Source: Takakia lepidozioides
Taxonomy: Eukaryota; Plantae; Bryophyta
Direction: 5' to 3'
DNA: 64,000 nucleotides
Assembly: GCA_030704615.1 (NCBI GenBank)
Contig: CM060733.1
Coordinates: forward strand, 11,098,001-11,162,000
Shown piece after piece: positions 1 through 13,400 of this stretch. Both the position numbers and the translations under genes were made by a program. The notes below the pieces were generated by a model. It was not told the origin of the DNA. It was given only the letters and a program-made list of their open reading frames with translations, and did no database searches. Position 1 is the stretch's first letter. Each line of letters opens with the position of its first letter.

Positions 1-3000
1 AGCAATTCTCACAGGAGTTAGCTCGATTGCCTCGCAATGCTTCCCGGGTTCAGTCTGTGAGCCTACTCTCCCCGGACAACGATAGTGTATTATCTGTTCC
101 TTCTGATACTCAACCTACACCTAGTACCAGTGGTGGGCCAGCACCTCGTCAAAATGTGTCCATTAGTAGATCTGTGTCAGGAGCTGAGCATGCATTGGAA
201 GGACTGCGCTTCATAAGCAAAGCAACCTCAACTGCCGATCGAAAGAGCCTTTGGGAAGCTGCTGAAGCACGGTTTCATAAGCTGGCATCAGCTGACCACT
301 TACTTCCACGGTCTCATTTTGCTGAATGCATAGGTCAGCTATCTGCACGTTGTCCGCAGGTTCCATAATGTTCCAGCTCTTCCTGATATGCTGCAATCGC
401 GTCCTGCTGTGTTAAGGCTCTTAAGCTGCCATGCCAACGGAAGTTCACCTCATAGTCCATTGATGCTAGCAGTTGGCATGATTACTGGCTGGGGTCGAAG
501 GGTCGTTAATCGACAGCTATTGTGTGATGCCTCCTGTGCAGGAATGAAGGATTCGAAAGAGTTTGCAAATGAGCTTTTTGATGCACTTGTACGAAGGAAA
601 GGTCAAAAAGTGCAAAGTATTTCGAAGGAGGAGCTCTACGAATACTGGTTGCAGATTACTGACAAGAATTTCGATTCACGCATGCAAATCTTCTTTGACC
701 TGTAAGCGTCTGATGATCGGTTTCACTGAGGAACCTCTTGTTTCCTGGCTTCCATTCAGCGGTTGGCACTCGATCAACCTATTAACTGAGGTGCTTGTCT
801 ACGCAGGTGTGACAAGGATGCAGATGGTCGGATATCCGGGGAAGAAGTGAAAGAGGTCAGCTCAAAAGTTTGGACTCCCTTCCTCCCTGGGAAAAATTGA
901 AATGGAAAATACTGCAGTCACACGTCAAGACTGTGACAACCTGCTGAACTTGATGGGCTGAAATGCTAGTTTCCGAGATGTCGTAGGGATCCTTGACGTA
1001 ATCAAGGTGCTGAAATCTGCGACATCGACTCAAGTTTGCTGCCTAACACCAAAGTGGACTTCCTTGGCATTTTCAGGTGATCATGTTGAGTGCATCGGCG
1101 AACAAGCTTTCAAAACTGAAAGAGCAGGCCCAGGAGTACGCAGCATTGATTATGGAAGAACTCGATGTAGATCGCATGGGCTACATTGAGGTGACTACGT
1201 GTCCTCACAGTAGGACGCTTTTTTTTGCATCCGATCTTGCGTCCACCATATGTCCTGTTAATATTAGTTGCAGAAAACAGCATTCTGCGTCACTACAACT
1301 GATGCGCTGCCGTGTCTTTGCAGCTATCGCAATTAGAGAGTTTAATGCGAGGATCAGTCACTGTAGTTGGAAGGGAGTCCATTTTGCAATACAGTCAGGG
1401 CCTGATTCCCCAATCACAGAGCAGTCGCTCGCCGAAATACCTGGAGAGGAGTAAATACTTCTTCCTCGACAATTGGAAACGGCTCTGGATCATTGGCCTG
1501 TGGTTAGCAGTCATGGCAGGTCTCTTTATCTGGAAATTTATCCAATACAGGCACAGGAATGGATTCGCTATCATGGGATACTGTGTGTGTACGGCAAAAG
1601 GCGCAGCAGAGACCTTGAAACTCAACATGGCCCTGATCCTGCTGCCTGTTTGTCGCAATACAATAACTTGGCTTCGCTCAACCAGGATAGGATCATTCGT
1701 CCCATTTGATGACAACCTCAATTTCCATAAGGCAAGTTTGTGCGACGATCCATCCTTACAGCTGGTTGTGAAGCGCTAGAAATTGTCAATGGTTTCTCCT
1801 CAATCCATATTGTTAGTAAGTCTCTAGACTCTGGAGGAAATTGAATCAGTCTCTGATGAGTGAGGATGTGTGGATGGCAATGTTTTGATTGTGCAGGTCA
1901 TTGCAGGGGCTATTGCAGTGGGAATTGTTCTGCATGCGCTTTTACATATTTCATGTGACTTCCCTAGGATATCCAGTGCCCCTTATGATAAATTTGACAG
2001 TGCGATAGGAGACGACTTTGGTCATATACAACCGACTTATGCAGACATTGTAAATACCCCCGTAGGGATTACTGGAATTAGCATGGTGATCCTTATGTCC
2101 ATAGCCTTTTTGCTTGCCACTCACTGGTTTCGGAGGAATCTGGTCAAGCTCCCATGGCCATTCCACAGAATGACAGGCTTCAACGCATTTTGGTACTCCC
2201 ACCATCTATTTGCAATAGTCTATGTGCTACTCATGCTGCACTCGTTCTACCTCCTCCTCGAACAGTCATGGATACAGAAAACTGTAAGTAACACCTTTCT
2301 CGTTTCCAATGTTGGATGACTGATGCCTGTTAAGCTCCTTGTACAGAGAGGCTGCTATGCCAGGTGGTAGTCCTGATTGTTTTGCGTGTTTTCCTTTTGC
2401 CAGCCTACGATGTTTGGGTGGCTGTTGTGGCTCTTGTATGCCATCTCTAACTGTAAGTTCATGCCTGCAGACATGGATGTACCTGGGTGTCCCCTTGCTT
2501 CTCTATGCGGGTGAACGTACTTTGCGTTCATTACGAGCTGGTCATTATAAGGTTGATGTCGTGAAGGTATGCATCAATGTATCCCTGTTTGTGATGCGAC
2601 TCAAGAACTAGAAGCATCTCCAGATGTCAGGATCTGAAACTGGCTCTTTATTGGGTGCACAGGCGGCGATATATCCAGGCAATGTACTAGCAATCCATAT
2701 GACCAAGCCGGAAGGGTTCAAGTACAAAAGTGGGATGTACCTGTTTCTTCAATGTCCAGAGCTGTCACCGTTTGAGTGGTGCGTTCCTCAAACGCCGGGC
2801 TCATTTCTACATATCTATGCTCATTCTGAGAGGATTCAACTGGGGAATCTTTGCTTGATTGTAGTATTCCTGACCTATGATATCAGTCTTGCTTTCTCAG
2901 TAATGTTTTACAGATAAATGTATCCTTTGGTTTGTGGAGCTTGAAATAGTATAAACATAAGCCCTAACTGTCCCCTATCCTGACAAACATGCAGGCATCC

Positions 3001-4640
3001 TTTTTCAATCACATCAGCCCCTGGAGATCCTTTCTTGAGTGTTCACATCCGCACCTTGGGAGACTGGACAGAAGAAATGAGGAGAATATTCTCAGAGGTA
3101 GACACTTGTACAATCTCACAATCTCACAGTTTTATGTACATGTGCTAATTACCTTTTGTTGTCCAAGCAAGCAAGCTGACTCTCCCTTCCTCACCAAGAT
3201 GTACTTGGCTCATGGTGCTCTATTGACCAGGCATGTGGTGGTCGGATGCGCCTGCAAACTGTCAACAATTTTGGTCTGAGTGGAGAGTTGACCTTGGCTG
3301 CAAGGTAGCTCTTTGCCCTCACCTTTTGTATTGATAGTGTTCAATTTTCCTCGTATCAGACTTCCTGCTTGCAACATGGTTGCGCATCGATGGACTGTTA
3401 TTGTTCAACTTCCAATTCCAAACAGCAGCTGACCATAAGGGATTGATTGTTGGCAGGTTCCCAAGGCTGTGCATTGATGGACCATATGGAGCACCTGCGC
3501 AAGATTATTTGAAGTATGATGTGCTGCTGCTTGTGGGACTTGGCATAGGGGCTACTCCGTTCATCAGCATACTCAAAGACTTGCTCAATCATATCAAAGT
3601 GGGCGAACCTGTATGTGATTATTGGAAGGCTTCCTTATTCAGTTTTTGACAGTATAGCGGTGGATTGATGGTAGATTCTGCAGGTTTCGGAAGTATGGCA
3701 AACCTCTGACATTGAGGCACTGATTAGTGAGATTGGTTTGTTATTTGTGAAGGATGCCACTCCGGATTTACGCTCACCATCAGAAAGTCCACGAAGGAAG
3801 GCTAGGAAATCTAGGGGCACGACCAATGCCTACTTCTACTGGGTCACGAGGGAGCAGGGATCCTTTGATTGGTTCAGAGGAGTAATGAGAGAGGTTGAGG
3901 AGATGGATAATAAGGTACCCAGGCTCCCTTTCTTTGTCAATTTTCATAGCACATAGTCCTGGCACCTCGTGTCACATGGGATGTTCATTCAGACTTCTCC
4001 AGAAATAGGTTTGGTCTGTCTCCAAACTAATTTTAGGGTAATCTGTTACGCACAGGCAGTTATAGAGATGCACAACTACTTGACGAGCGTGTATGAAGAG
4101 GGGGATGCTCGCTCTACCTTGGTTATGCTGTTGCAAGCCTTACATCATGCCAAAAATGGAATCGACTTCGTTTCAGGCACTCGGGTGGGTATCCACATGC
4201 TCCATTTCTTGTTGTCCGTTTTTTGTCACCAATTTCGCTAGTGTGTTTGGAGATTGTAGATTTGACGAGTTCTAGTGTCTGCTACCACTCACATGTTTTT
4301 TGGGATGACCAATATTACAGGCTCGCACACATTTTGCCCGGCCCGATTGGAAAAACGTATTCGCAAGATTGGCAGCTACTCATCAAGACAAACGGATCGG
4401 TAAGCCAATGTAATTTTTGTACGATCTTGCGTGTGCCTGGTACAATCGACAACTGCAGCATCTGTATTTGTGAATGATGAAGCTTTCCCTCATACACATC
4501 TTACAGCCAGCTGGTTCCTTGGGTGTGCAGGGGTGTTCTACTGCGGTCCATCGGCCGTGGCCAAGGAACTGGAGTCGCTGTCGCGAACTTACTCTCAAAC
4601 GTCCACTACCAAGTTCGAATTTCATAAGGAGAACTTCTAA
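1..4640 (+). CDS. RBOH: Respiratory burst oxidase homolog (plant NADPH oxidase), multi-exon, 5' end outside the window
   Basis: Spliced ORF pieces give the RBOH N-terminal domain (ALEGLRFI; [20 protein letters not shown]), EF-hand region ([20 protein letters not shown]), TM region ([23 protein letters not shown]; [12 protein letters not shown]), FAD site ([11 protein letters not shown]), NADPH site (IDGPYGAP; [11 protein letters not shown]) and terminal [11 protein letters not shown] (4638-4640). Approximate exons: 1-333, 542-701, 807-855, 1077-1190, 1324-1731, 1897-2283, 2471-2566, 2663-2778, 2995-3097, 3231-3304, 3457-3610, 3753-3914, 4057-4185, 4321-4399, 4531-4640. Confidence 0.97.
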
Positions 4641-7600
4641 GACGCAGAACTGCATGTAGATAATGTGCAAATCAAAATCTTACTCTGTACTATATACTAT
4701 ACCCATTCGCGCAAGCGCAAAGTGCTGCGTGGACGGAACCTCAATTTTAAAACTAGAACCTTAGGAACTAGTTACAGTTCTCCTTTACTGTCTCCCTAGA
4801 GTAGGCCATCTAATTGTGGAGAGACTCAGGAGTTGGAGGAGAGAACAGAGGAAATACCATACTGGCTAAGGATTATTTATAGCAAACCAACCCCTCTCAA
4901 GGGGGATGGCTGTTACTACGTCCAATAACATAGGATTTAGTAGAGATAACAAGCAGGCCCCAACTGAGGGCCTCGGTTGTCACATAATGGATGCTTGGAC
5001 CACATTATTATTTATACACACTGGGGCTGGATGTCCACCCTCTAAGCGGTTCCTCATTTTCTTCGGAGCTGTTTCAGTCACTAGTGTGCTTGAGGTTGAT
5101 GAGAGTGATGCTGACATTTCCTTTGTGGGGCATGGAAGTTTAGTCTCGTACTAATCTTGTGTTTGCGTATACATTCGTCACATGCGGAGGGGGGCTGGGG
5201 TGGGGTGCAGAGATGCTTGTGGAAATGTGTGGGGGTGTGTAGGTGGTCATAAATGTGCGTGCGCGATGATTGAGGTCGGGGCAGGCGTACGAAGGCTCGC
5301 AAATCAATACGCTTGAATGGCAGCAGCACCCTGGGACAGCAGTCGCCACATGCAGCACGAGGCAGGTAACAACCTGAGTAAAAGCCAAGTCATAAATCGA
5401 GGGGGATTGACGCCGTGCCAGCCTGCCCAACATTCACTGTGCAGCACCCACCTGCCTCTGTCACCAACTTGATCCACCACCTCTCCGTCTGCATCTACGC
5501 CCTCAAATACACCTACATCCCCTCCTGCTGCCTTGCCACGCTTCACTTGTCCACAGATTGCGAGAGCACTGTGGCAACACACTACAAGATGAGGGTAGCC
5601 GAAGGTAGTTGTACCGGATGCAACTTTATGGTACCATTATACACTGTGCTGCTGTCACCTTTCCCTTGCATGGCCCCTGACTCTTTGGCACTTTCCTTGG
5701 CCTAAAATTCTTTCTATTGTCCTCTCAACTTTCAAGTATTCTTCCATTTTTAATTTTTGATTGGAAAAATTACCCAACTTTCATGACGAAATCAGATTTT
5801 TTCTGGGGATTACCTAGTCATCTGATTACCTAGTTCTTTAAACTTACAGTGCGTATAGTAGGTACATGGGTAGGCAGGTCTGTATCAATTAAGCAGTTGC
5901 AAATTTAGAATGTATGGTGGGTTGGCGCCAAGAGGGAGTGGGAAGAAGTGGAGTAATAATGGCCATCATGCCTCACCCATCACCCAAGTACTATATATAT
6001 AGACATATTATGCTATCATTATCCGGCGATGCTGCAACCCTAAACTTCAGTCTTGTCCATCTTGTCTAATAGTGAATAAACAATATTATTAACCCTTACT
6101 TTTCTGCAAAACTGCAAAGTCTTCGAACGTCCAGCCATGGACATCAGGTAAAACAAAAACTAGCATCCATGGAAACTGAATGTATAGATAAAAGATAAAG
6201 ATAAAGTTTCTTTAACGTCCAGTGAATTACTGAGCCTACTGCTCAACACACAGGCCATCGAGGGCCCAATGGACGGTCTGAAGGCACATGTTGAAGGATT
6301 GAACCACTGGGCTACCTGCTCAAGTGCAGTAGATAGTGAGTTTTGACTGGCAGGCCCCAACCACCTCAAAACTTTTCACAGTAGAAATTGGTTGATTATA
6401 ACGATATAGTGGAGGATAATATAAAACCTTTTTTACTGTATTATAGCATATTGCTAAGGGCCCAAATTCTTCTCTAATCAAAATTGCTAACATACAATAT
6501 TATTTTTCGGAGCACATTCTTCAGCTGATCGTACCTACTGTCCCACAAGTTTTCAACATTTTCATGCCTGTAGCAGCTTTGGGATGGTCGTCCATGGTGT
6601 GTCAACGATGGGCAGCCCAACAATTCACTTACAACTAACTACGAAATAGATCCTACAAATTGTAAGGGTGAGTCGGGTATGTTGGCCTATCACCAAACAA
6701 AGACCTATGATCGCACACTGGGATAGTACGCCACATGTATCACTCACTACCTATGACCGCACATGCCACATTTCCCAAAGCCTTGATCGGTTAAGGGTCC
6801 TGTGGCCTGACACCTAGGTCTCTAGGTTTATAAGAGGCAAGCATGCTTGTATCAAAGCAAAATGTGACAAGATAGGCTTCAAAATTTTATGTCTATATGA
6901 AGGAGAGGGTTTAAAACAAGTTCCGATGGAGCGTACATAGTGCATCCAATACTGAGTGTACTGAGTGCCACCCAGATGAGTCACACCTCGTGGAGTGACG
7001 TCATTTCTCGACTGTTTGGCTTATAAAACAGTTCCCTTGCCGGATCACAAACGAAGTGCAAATGTCCAAGTTAGAGCAAAGAATTGCTCAAGGTTCTGCA
7101 ACCCTGTTGCAGCCTTCAATCACCTACATGTGTATGTACAATACACATGTAACCTGCACAATACTGCAACCTCATCTGTGAGTCACATCGGTCCCTGCAG
7201 CGCTGCTGACATGTGGTGGACTGTGTGCGCCTGTTGTGACGTTGTTCGAATCATACGGAAGCAGTTTGTTTGACCTGCACCACCTTTCGACAGTGACTGC
7301 ACAAATATCCACAACAACCGATGGCCTGTCTGTGAGGGATAGCCTAGTCGTAAAGATGTTTGGGATTTGCTGTTGCGCGTGAATCATCAGACAAGAAAAA
7401 GTGGATAACTTATTGGAAAGAGCTGCCCCCCACCCTCTGCTATTGGGCTGCAAGACACTAAAAAGCTCGACAAAAAATGGGAGGAAGGGCCCACACACGA
7501 TTCTGTGACATCTGCTCTTTTGCATGGGAGATGAGCATTCTGCACTTGTCTTTCTGCTCTCTACACACCGCAAACGGCCTGATTTGAAGGTCCTCCGACC

Positions 7601-8845
7601 AAATTACTCTGATGGCCGTTCCCAATATGAAGTTCACCATCGACCAGCGCTTGGGGCATCGGTGGGGTTCGTCTCCTCCTTTGTGAATAGTGAGATTTTT
7701 AGAAAAACATGGTTATAATCAGTGTGTCTTCCATGTTCACAAGCAAGGAGGTGTTATAGTTGGGGTGAAGTACAAGAAGATCAATGGCACTGATATGTAG
7801 TCTCCTCCTACAAGTAAACCTTGGGTAGCCAACAAAGAGGGTTGACACTGTACACTTAACACAGAGAAACGGGCCCATGGGGGGGGGCTGTGGGCTGTGA
7901 CCCACTGGTTTGGCATCTTAGCATGGGTCTGTTGGCTGGGGTTGAGTCGTTGAATCAACCGTGGTTTCGTCTGTCTTGGGACTGGGGCTCTGTCCCTCAT
8001 GGCTCTCACCATAAGGTTCCCCCTCGAGGACCTAAGTTATGCTTCCTTCCCAAAAAACGGAGGGAGGTGATCTGGTGAAAAGTTTGCACTCTCAGACGTA
8101 GTAACTAGTAACGTCTACATGGGGCAAATTTATGAAGAGAATACATATGAAGGTCAGAAGCAGGGAACAGGGAACCATTTTACAAATAAAATAAACAACA
8201 AACTCTGTACATATCATGTATGAGTTGTGCCATGAACAAAGTTGGGCGGTGTCCCTTGAGCCTTGTGCGGGGCGTGGGAAAGAGGTTATTTTCTGGTTTA
8301 CACTAGACATAGGATGGGAGTTGAATGCTCGTGCGAAGCTTGCCGGTACAATCCCCGGAGCTAACCGGAGAACGCGGTCAAATCCCCACCCCGACTTCCC
8401 TCGTGTATGCTTCACACCCATCCCAGGGTCCCACGCTCTATGTTCCCGCTGCAGCGCTCCCCGCTTCCCGCTCCCCTGTTATTGGAGCGGCGAACCAGTA
8501 AAACATGGGAGCAATAGCACAAGGGAGCCGGGAGTAGTAACAACAGGGGAGCGGCGGACACAGAGGAGCAAGGCGAACAGGGGAGCGGTATGTATGTGGG
8601 AACAGAGGAGTGGAGATTGGGAACAGGGGAACGGATCACCCCCACAATAATGGTCAATGTATTCAGCCACCAAGCTACCCGAGCTACCCGGGTTAGGGAT
8701 TTTACCAGTGTTGGTCTGGTATGTACAAAAATACGGGTATCAACCCGGTTATGCACCCGAGTATGGAAGCCCCTACCAGCCGGAAAGGAAATGCATAGAG
8801 TAACCTACATGTAGGGTATGATTAGGATTTCGGGGAGGCCGTTAC

Positions 8846-9572
8846 TGTCGCGCACCTCACTTCGGTAAGCTCCCCCTCAAGTCATAGTTACTCGCTTTGA
8901 TGTGCACGCCTGACTCCCAACCTGGCCGTCGGGCCAACTTGGAGCTTCGGCTGCTCACCGGGGCATAACGGTCCCCCTTTGTTCTCCCAAAGAACCCTCC
9001 ACCGATTTGGAACTAGGGGGAATTCCCTTTGGTAGTTGGCAGTCCGGAACAGCTCCCCACTCTTTGGTCGCTTTCCGGCTCGCTCGCTTACTCACTAGTT
9101 TTTGGTCACCAATGGGCTTGCACCGTTCTCGGGGTTATTACTCCCTATATATACTTCTGTAGCTGTCCGCGGGGGTTTCACAACCAGCCATGCCATTTTA
9201 TGGCGAACCACCACAAAAACCCTCGACTCCCGGTGATGAGTCGCGGTGAGTCTTGGCCCACTCACCACGGCCCCTATGGACCGTGATGAGTCCCAAGACT
9301 CCCCACGACTCCCACCACGAGGTCTCCGCCCCCATGGTGAGTCCTATGCCACCCCCACTAAGTCCCGCTAAGCTACCACCACCACTTGTGGAGCCACCCC
9401 CACCGCAACCCGGTGTGCGGGGCTCCACCTAGTGAGCGCCTCCGCTTCCCTGAGTGCCTTGGGCACTCAAGGGTGCTTCAGCCCCCCATACTTATCGCTG
9501 CCGCTGCCCCCACCACAGGGGCAGCCCCTCATGTGTCCCGACCCCCTGCCCTCAAGGCAAAGGGCCGCGACA
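8846..9572 (-). repeat. 3' LTR of chromovirus copy 1 (727 bp)
   Basis: TG...CA ends with 7-bp terminal inverted repeat; near-identical to 55756-56480 and 61952-62678. Confidence 0.95.
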
Positions 9573-10476
9573 CACACCCCTACCAACAGGGAGTCGATGT
9601 CCTCATCGACTTGTCCATTTTGTAGAAACGAACATCCAAGTTGTGGCGTCCCACATCAAGGAGTTTGTTTCCGTACCATGGCGTCCCATGGCAAAGAACC
9701 AAACCCCACACTTGACTCTACTCTCCACTAGCTAGTTCGGCCGACTTCCTCCAAGTCTCGGCCAAGGGTGGAGCCTCTCAAGCTCCTCCCAGTGCACTCT
9801 TCTTGGCCTACTTCAAGGCCAAGGAACGATCCTCCCCGAGGATCGAATCGCCTCACTGCAACAACATTGCTTGCGACCGCTCATGATGCCGCTTTGGGCA
9901 TCGCCTTGAGAAAGGGTTCACCTCGAACCCTCTTTGACTAGAAAGATAACCTTGAACCAACCGCGCGCCCCAATCACTACAATTGGGTCCGCCTTGGAAT
10001 GCTGGCCTGAGGTACGGGAACACACCGAAGCCGCACTACGACTTCGTCCGAGGCTACACGATTATAGTACGTGAACGGAAGCACGTAGCTTCCGCGTTAG
10101 CCCGCACTACAAGGCAACCCCCTCGGTAGCGCAGTTATAGTACGCGCACGCGCCAGGTGCGCACTAGCACGTGAACTCCCAAAGAAGGCGCAAGTTTCCT
10201 TGCCCCTTGGATGGGAGTCACCCGATTTCGGCACTGTGCAAACACACGATTAACCCAATTTACCTCTCCCACTTTTGTAAGCTAGCATGCATTCTACACA
10301 CTAGCCAACCATACCATGCATCACCATTCCAAACAAAATATGAAGCACAACATTTGAAAACCATTTCATTTAAAGCAAATTTTGTACAATACAAGTTTTT
10401 GCAATCGGATTCCTGAGCTAGCTAAGCTGGGCTAAGCATGCATTTCCTCCTCCACGCTCCAAGGTTGATGTCCCCA

Positions 10477-13400
10477 TCAACGCTTCTTCCGCTTTTGAGG
10501 TCGCCCTTCGAAAACTGCAACCGCCTCGGATGCGTTTCCCATTTCTGAGGCACGCACCCAAGATGCCTCCACATGATGATAGCCCTTCCATTTGACGAGA
10601 TACTCCGTTTCTCGGCTCTTGAACCTCCTCGACTTAAGTACTGCCTCCACCTCGTACTCAGGTTCATTTTCATGATCCAACAACACAGGTGGCGGACGCA
10701 ACACTTGATGCCGATTCGGACGCGCTTCATCTTTGAAGTAAGGCTTCAAAAGGGAGACGTGGAATACTGGATACACCTTGCTGTTTGCCGGCAGCTCCAA
10801 TTCATACACATCCTCATTCATAACCTTCCGGATGCGAAAGAATCCCGCATACAGAGGTACGAACTTTGGACTCACTTCCGGAGGTAGTCGGAAATTCTTG
10901 ATGTTCAACCAGACCTCCGTGCCTGCCTCAAACCTCACTTCCCTCCGCTTCCGATTCGCCTGCCTTTCATACCGTTTCCTAGCTTTGGCAATGTTGTACT
11001 TTGCGAGCTTCAACAAACGCTCACGTTCTTCCAGTACCGCCGCTACTACCGGTTCCTCAACGTCCTGGGCGGCCCAACTTGTCGGCACCAGAGGTGCTTT
11101 TCCATAGACCAATACGAAAGGGGAAACTCCCGTTGCGGAGTGTTCTGTGTTATTATAACAGAACTCTACCGCGTCTAAATGTTCCACCCAGTCTGATTGG
11201 TCTGCCGACACGTAATTCCGCAAGATCTGCTTCACTACGGAATTCACTCTTTCCGTTTGGCCGTCGGTCGTAGGTCGGAAGGCGGTGCTTATCTTCAGCC
11301 TCGTCCCCATCTTCTTCCAAAGTGTCCTCCAAAATTTACTCGTAAACTTTGGATCGCGGTCCGAGACAATATCCTTCGGGACTCCATGATGCTTTAAGAC
11401 GTTGGCGAAGTAAAGTCGCCATGTCTCATGCGCCATTGCCGTCTCCTTGGTGGGGATGAAATGGCCCATTTTACTGAACCTATCCACCACCACCATGATT
11501 GCATTGAATCCTTTTGACAGCGGCATATCAATCATGAAATCCATCGAGACGCTTTCCCAAGTCCCCTCTGGAATCGGCAAGGGCTGTAACAGCCCCGCTT
11601 GCTTTTTGTACTCGCTCCGGTTTTGTTGGCATGTCGTGCATGTCTTGACATACTCCTCTGCCTCCTCCCTGAGTTTGGGCCAGAAATACTCTTTCTTCAA
11701 GAGTGTCGCGGTGCGCTTGGCTCCGCCGTGGCCCGCAAGCGGGCCATCATGGCATTCTCTCAAGAGACTATCTCTGATCCATCCCTTCGGCACGTAGAGG
11801 CGCTTTTGCTTATACCGGAGCAGTCCATTTTGCAAATGGAACTGCGATTTAACCCCCATCCTCAAGTCTTGCATCACGGACTTCGCCAGCTCATCCTTCC
11901 GGCAAGCCTTCCGGATCTTCCTTTGGAGCGCCGTCTCGCCCCTATACACCAACATGAGCTGCTGTTTTCTACTTAAAGCATCGGCCACCACATTGTCCCG
12001 TCCCGGTTTGTACTGGATATCCACGTCGAACACCGCCAAAGTATCTTGCCACCTAAGTTGTTTTGGGGACAACTTGGGCTGCGTGGCAAAATACTTCACT
12101 GTGACATTGTCCGTGAACACCTTCACTGGGTTGGAACCAACATAGTGGCGCCAAAGCTCAAGGCAATGCACCACCACCTTCATCTCTTTTTCGTGCGTCG
12201 GCCACCGTCGCTCCACTTCATTCAGTTTCTTACTTTCGTAAGCCACTGGACGTCCATCTTGCATAAGTACACCCCCAATCGCGAAGTCCGACGCATCTGT
12301 ATGAATCTCAAATGGACGATCGAACTCCGGGATTTTCAAGACTGGAGCTTCCGCCATCCGCTGCTTCAATTCAGCAAAAGCTTGGCCACAAAATGTGTTC
12401 CATACCCAGACTTTGGATTTACACAGAAGGTCTGACAGCGGCCCCGCGATCTTGGCGAAATTTCTCACATACTTCCGGTAATAGGAGGCGAGTCCTAGGA
12501 AGGATTGCACTCCCGGGACCGAAGTCGGAGGCTCCCAGTCCAAGATCGCCCTCACCTTTCTGTCATCCATTTTGATCCCATCCTATGTAATCACATGCCC
12601 CAAGAACTCCACTTTCGTGACCCCGAATTCGCACTTTGAAGCTTTGGCGTACAGCTTCCCTTCCCGCAACTTTTGGAACACCCTTTTGAGGTGCTCCAGG
12701 TGCTCCTCCTTTGTTTTCGAGTACACCAAGATGTCGTCGATGTACATGATCACAAAGTCATCCAACCACTCCTGAAAAAGGCTGTTCATCAGCGTGGTCG
12801 CAGGTGCATTGGTGAGCCCAAAAGGCATCACCAAGAACTCATATGAACCATACCTTGTCCTGCACGCGGTCTTCTCCTCATCTCCTTCCGCCACCCGAAT
12901 TTGATGATAGCCGGAGCGCAAGTCGATCCGGCTGAAATACTTCGCTCCTGCCAACCGGTCGAAAAGGTTGTCGATCCTTGGCAAAGGGTACTGGTTTTTA
13001 ATAGTCACCTTATTCAAAGCCCTGTAATCGACACACATCCGCAGCGTCCCATCCTTCTTGTCTGCGAATAGCACCGGGGCTCCGTAAGGTGACTTACTCG
13101 GTCGGATGTACCCCTTTGACATTAGATCCTTGAGCTGAGTCTTCAGCTCGACCAACTCCCTGTGGCTCAACCGGTAGGGTGCCTTGGCAGGCGGTTCCGA
13201 TCCCGGTATCACCTCAATCTTGTGGTCAACTCCTCTTCGCGGTGGCAAGCCGCTTGGTAAATCCTCCGGCATCACATCCTGGTATTTCTCCCAAATCCCC
13301 TTGATCCAATCTGGGCTCGGCTCCCCATCGCCTTCTCCCTTCACTTCTCTAATGTAAAGCAAAAACTGGGGCTCGTGTGCCTCCTCCACGGCCCACTCCC

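Noticed and set aside
4911-5371. Possible solo LTR (TGTTAC...GTAACA after a G-rich tract)
   Set aside because: No TSD and no second copy or coding remnant in the window; a 6-bp inverted match can arise by chance.
7172-7640. Minus-strand ORFs faintly like a LINE ORF2 C-terminus (ILGTAIRVIWSE)
   Set aside because: A single weak motif with no RT or endonuclease motifs nearby.
9230-9300. TGATGAG motifs suggesting a hammerhead ribozyme (retrozyme) in the LTR
   Set aside because: The CUGANGA core and a correctly placed GAAA are absent; only a simple GAGTCTTGG/CCAAGACTC stem is present.
9029-9735. Overlapping short ORFs in and next to the chromovirus LTRs (also at 55917-56642 and 62113-62755)
   Set aside because: They recur only because the LTR is repeated; GC-rich chance ORFs with no domain motifs.
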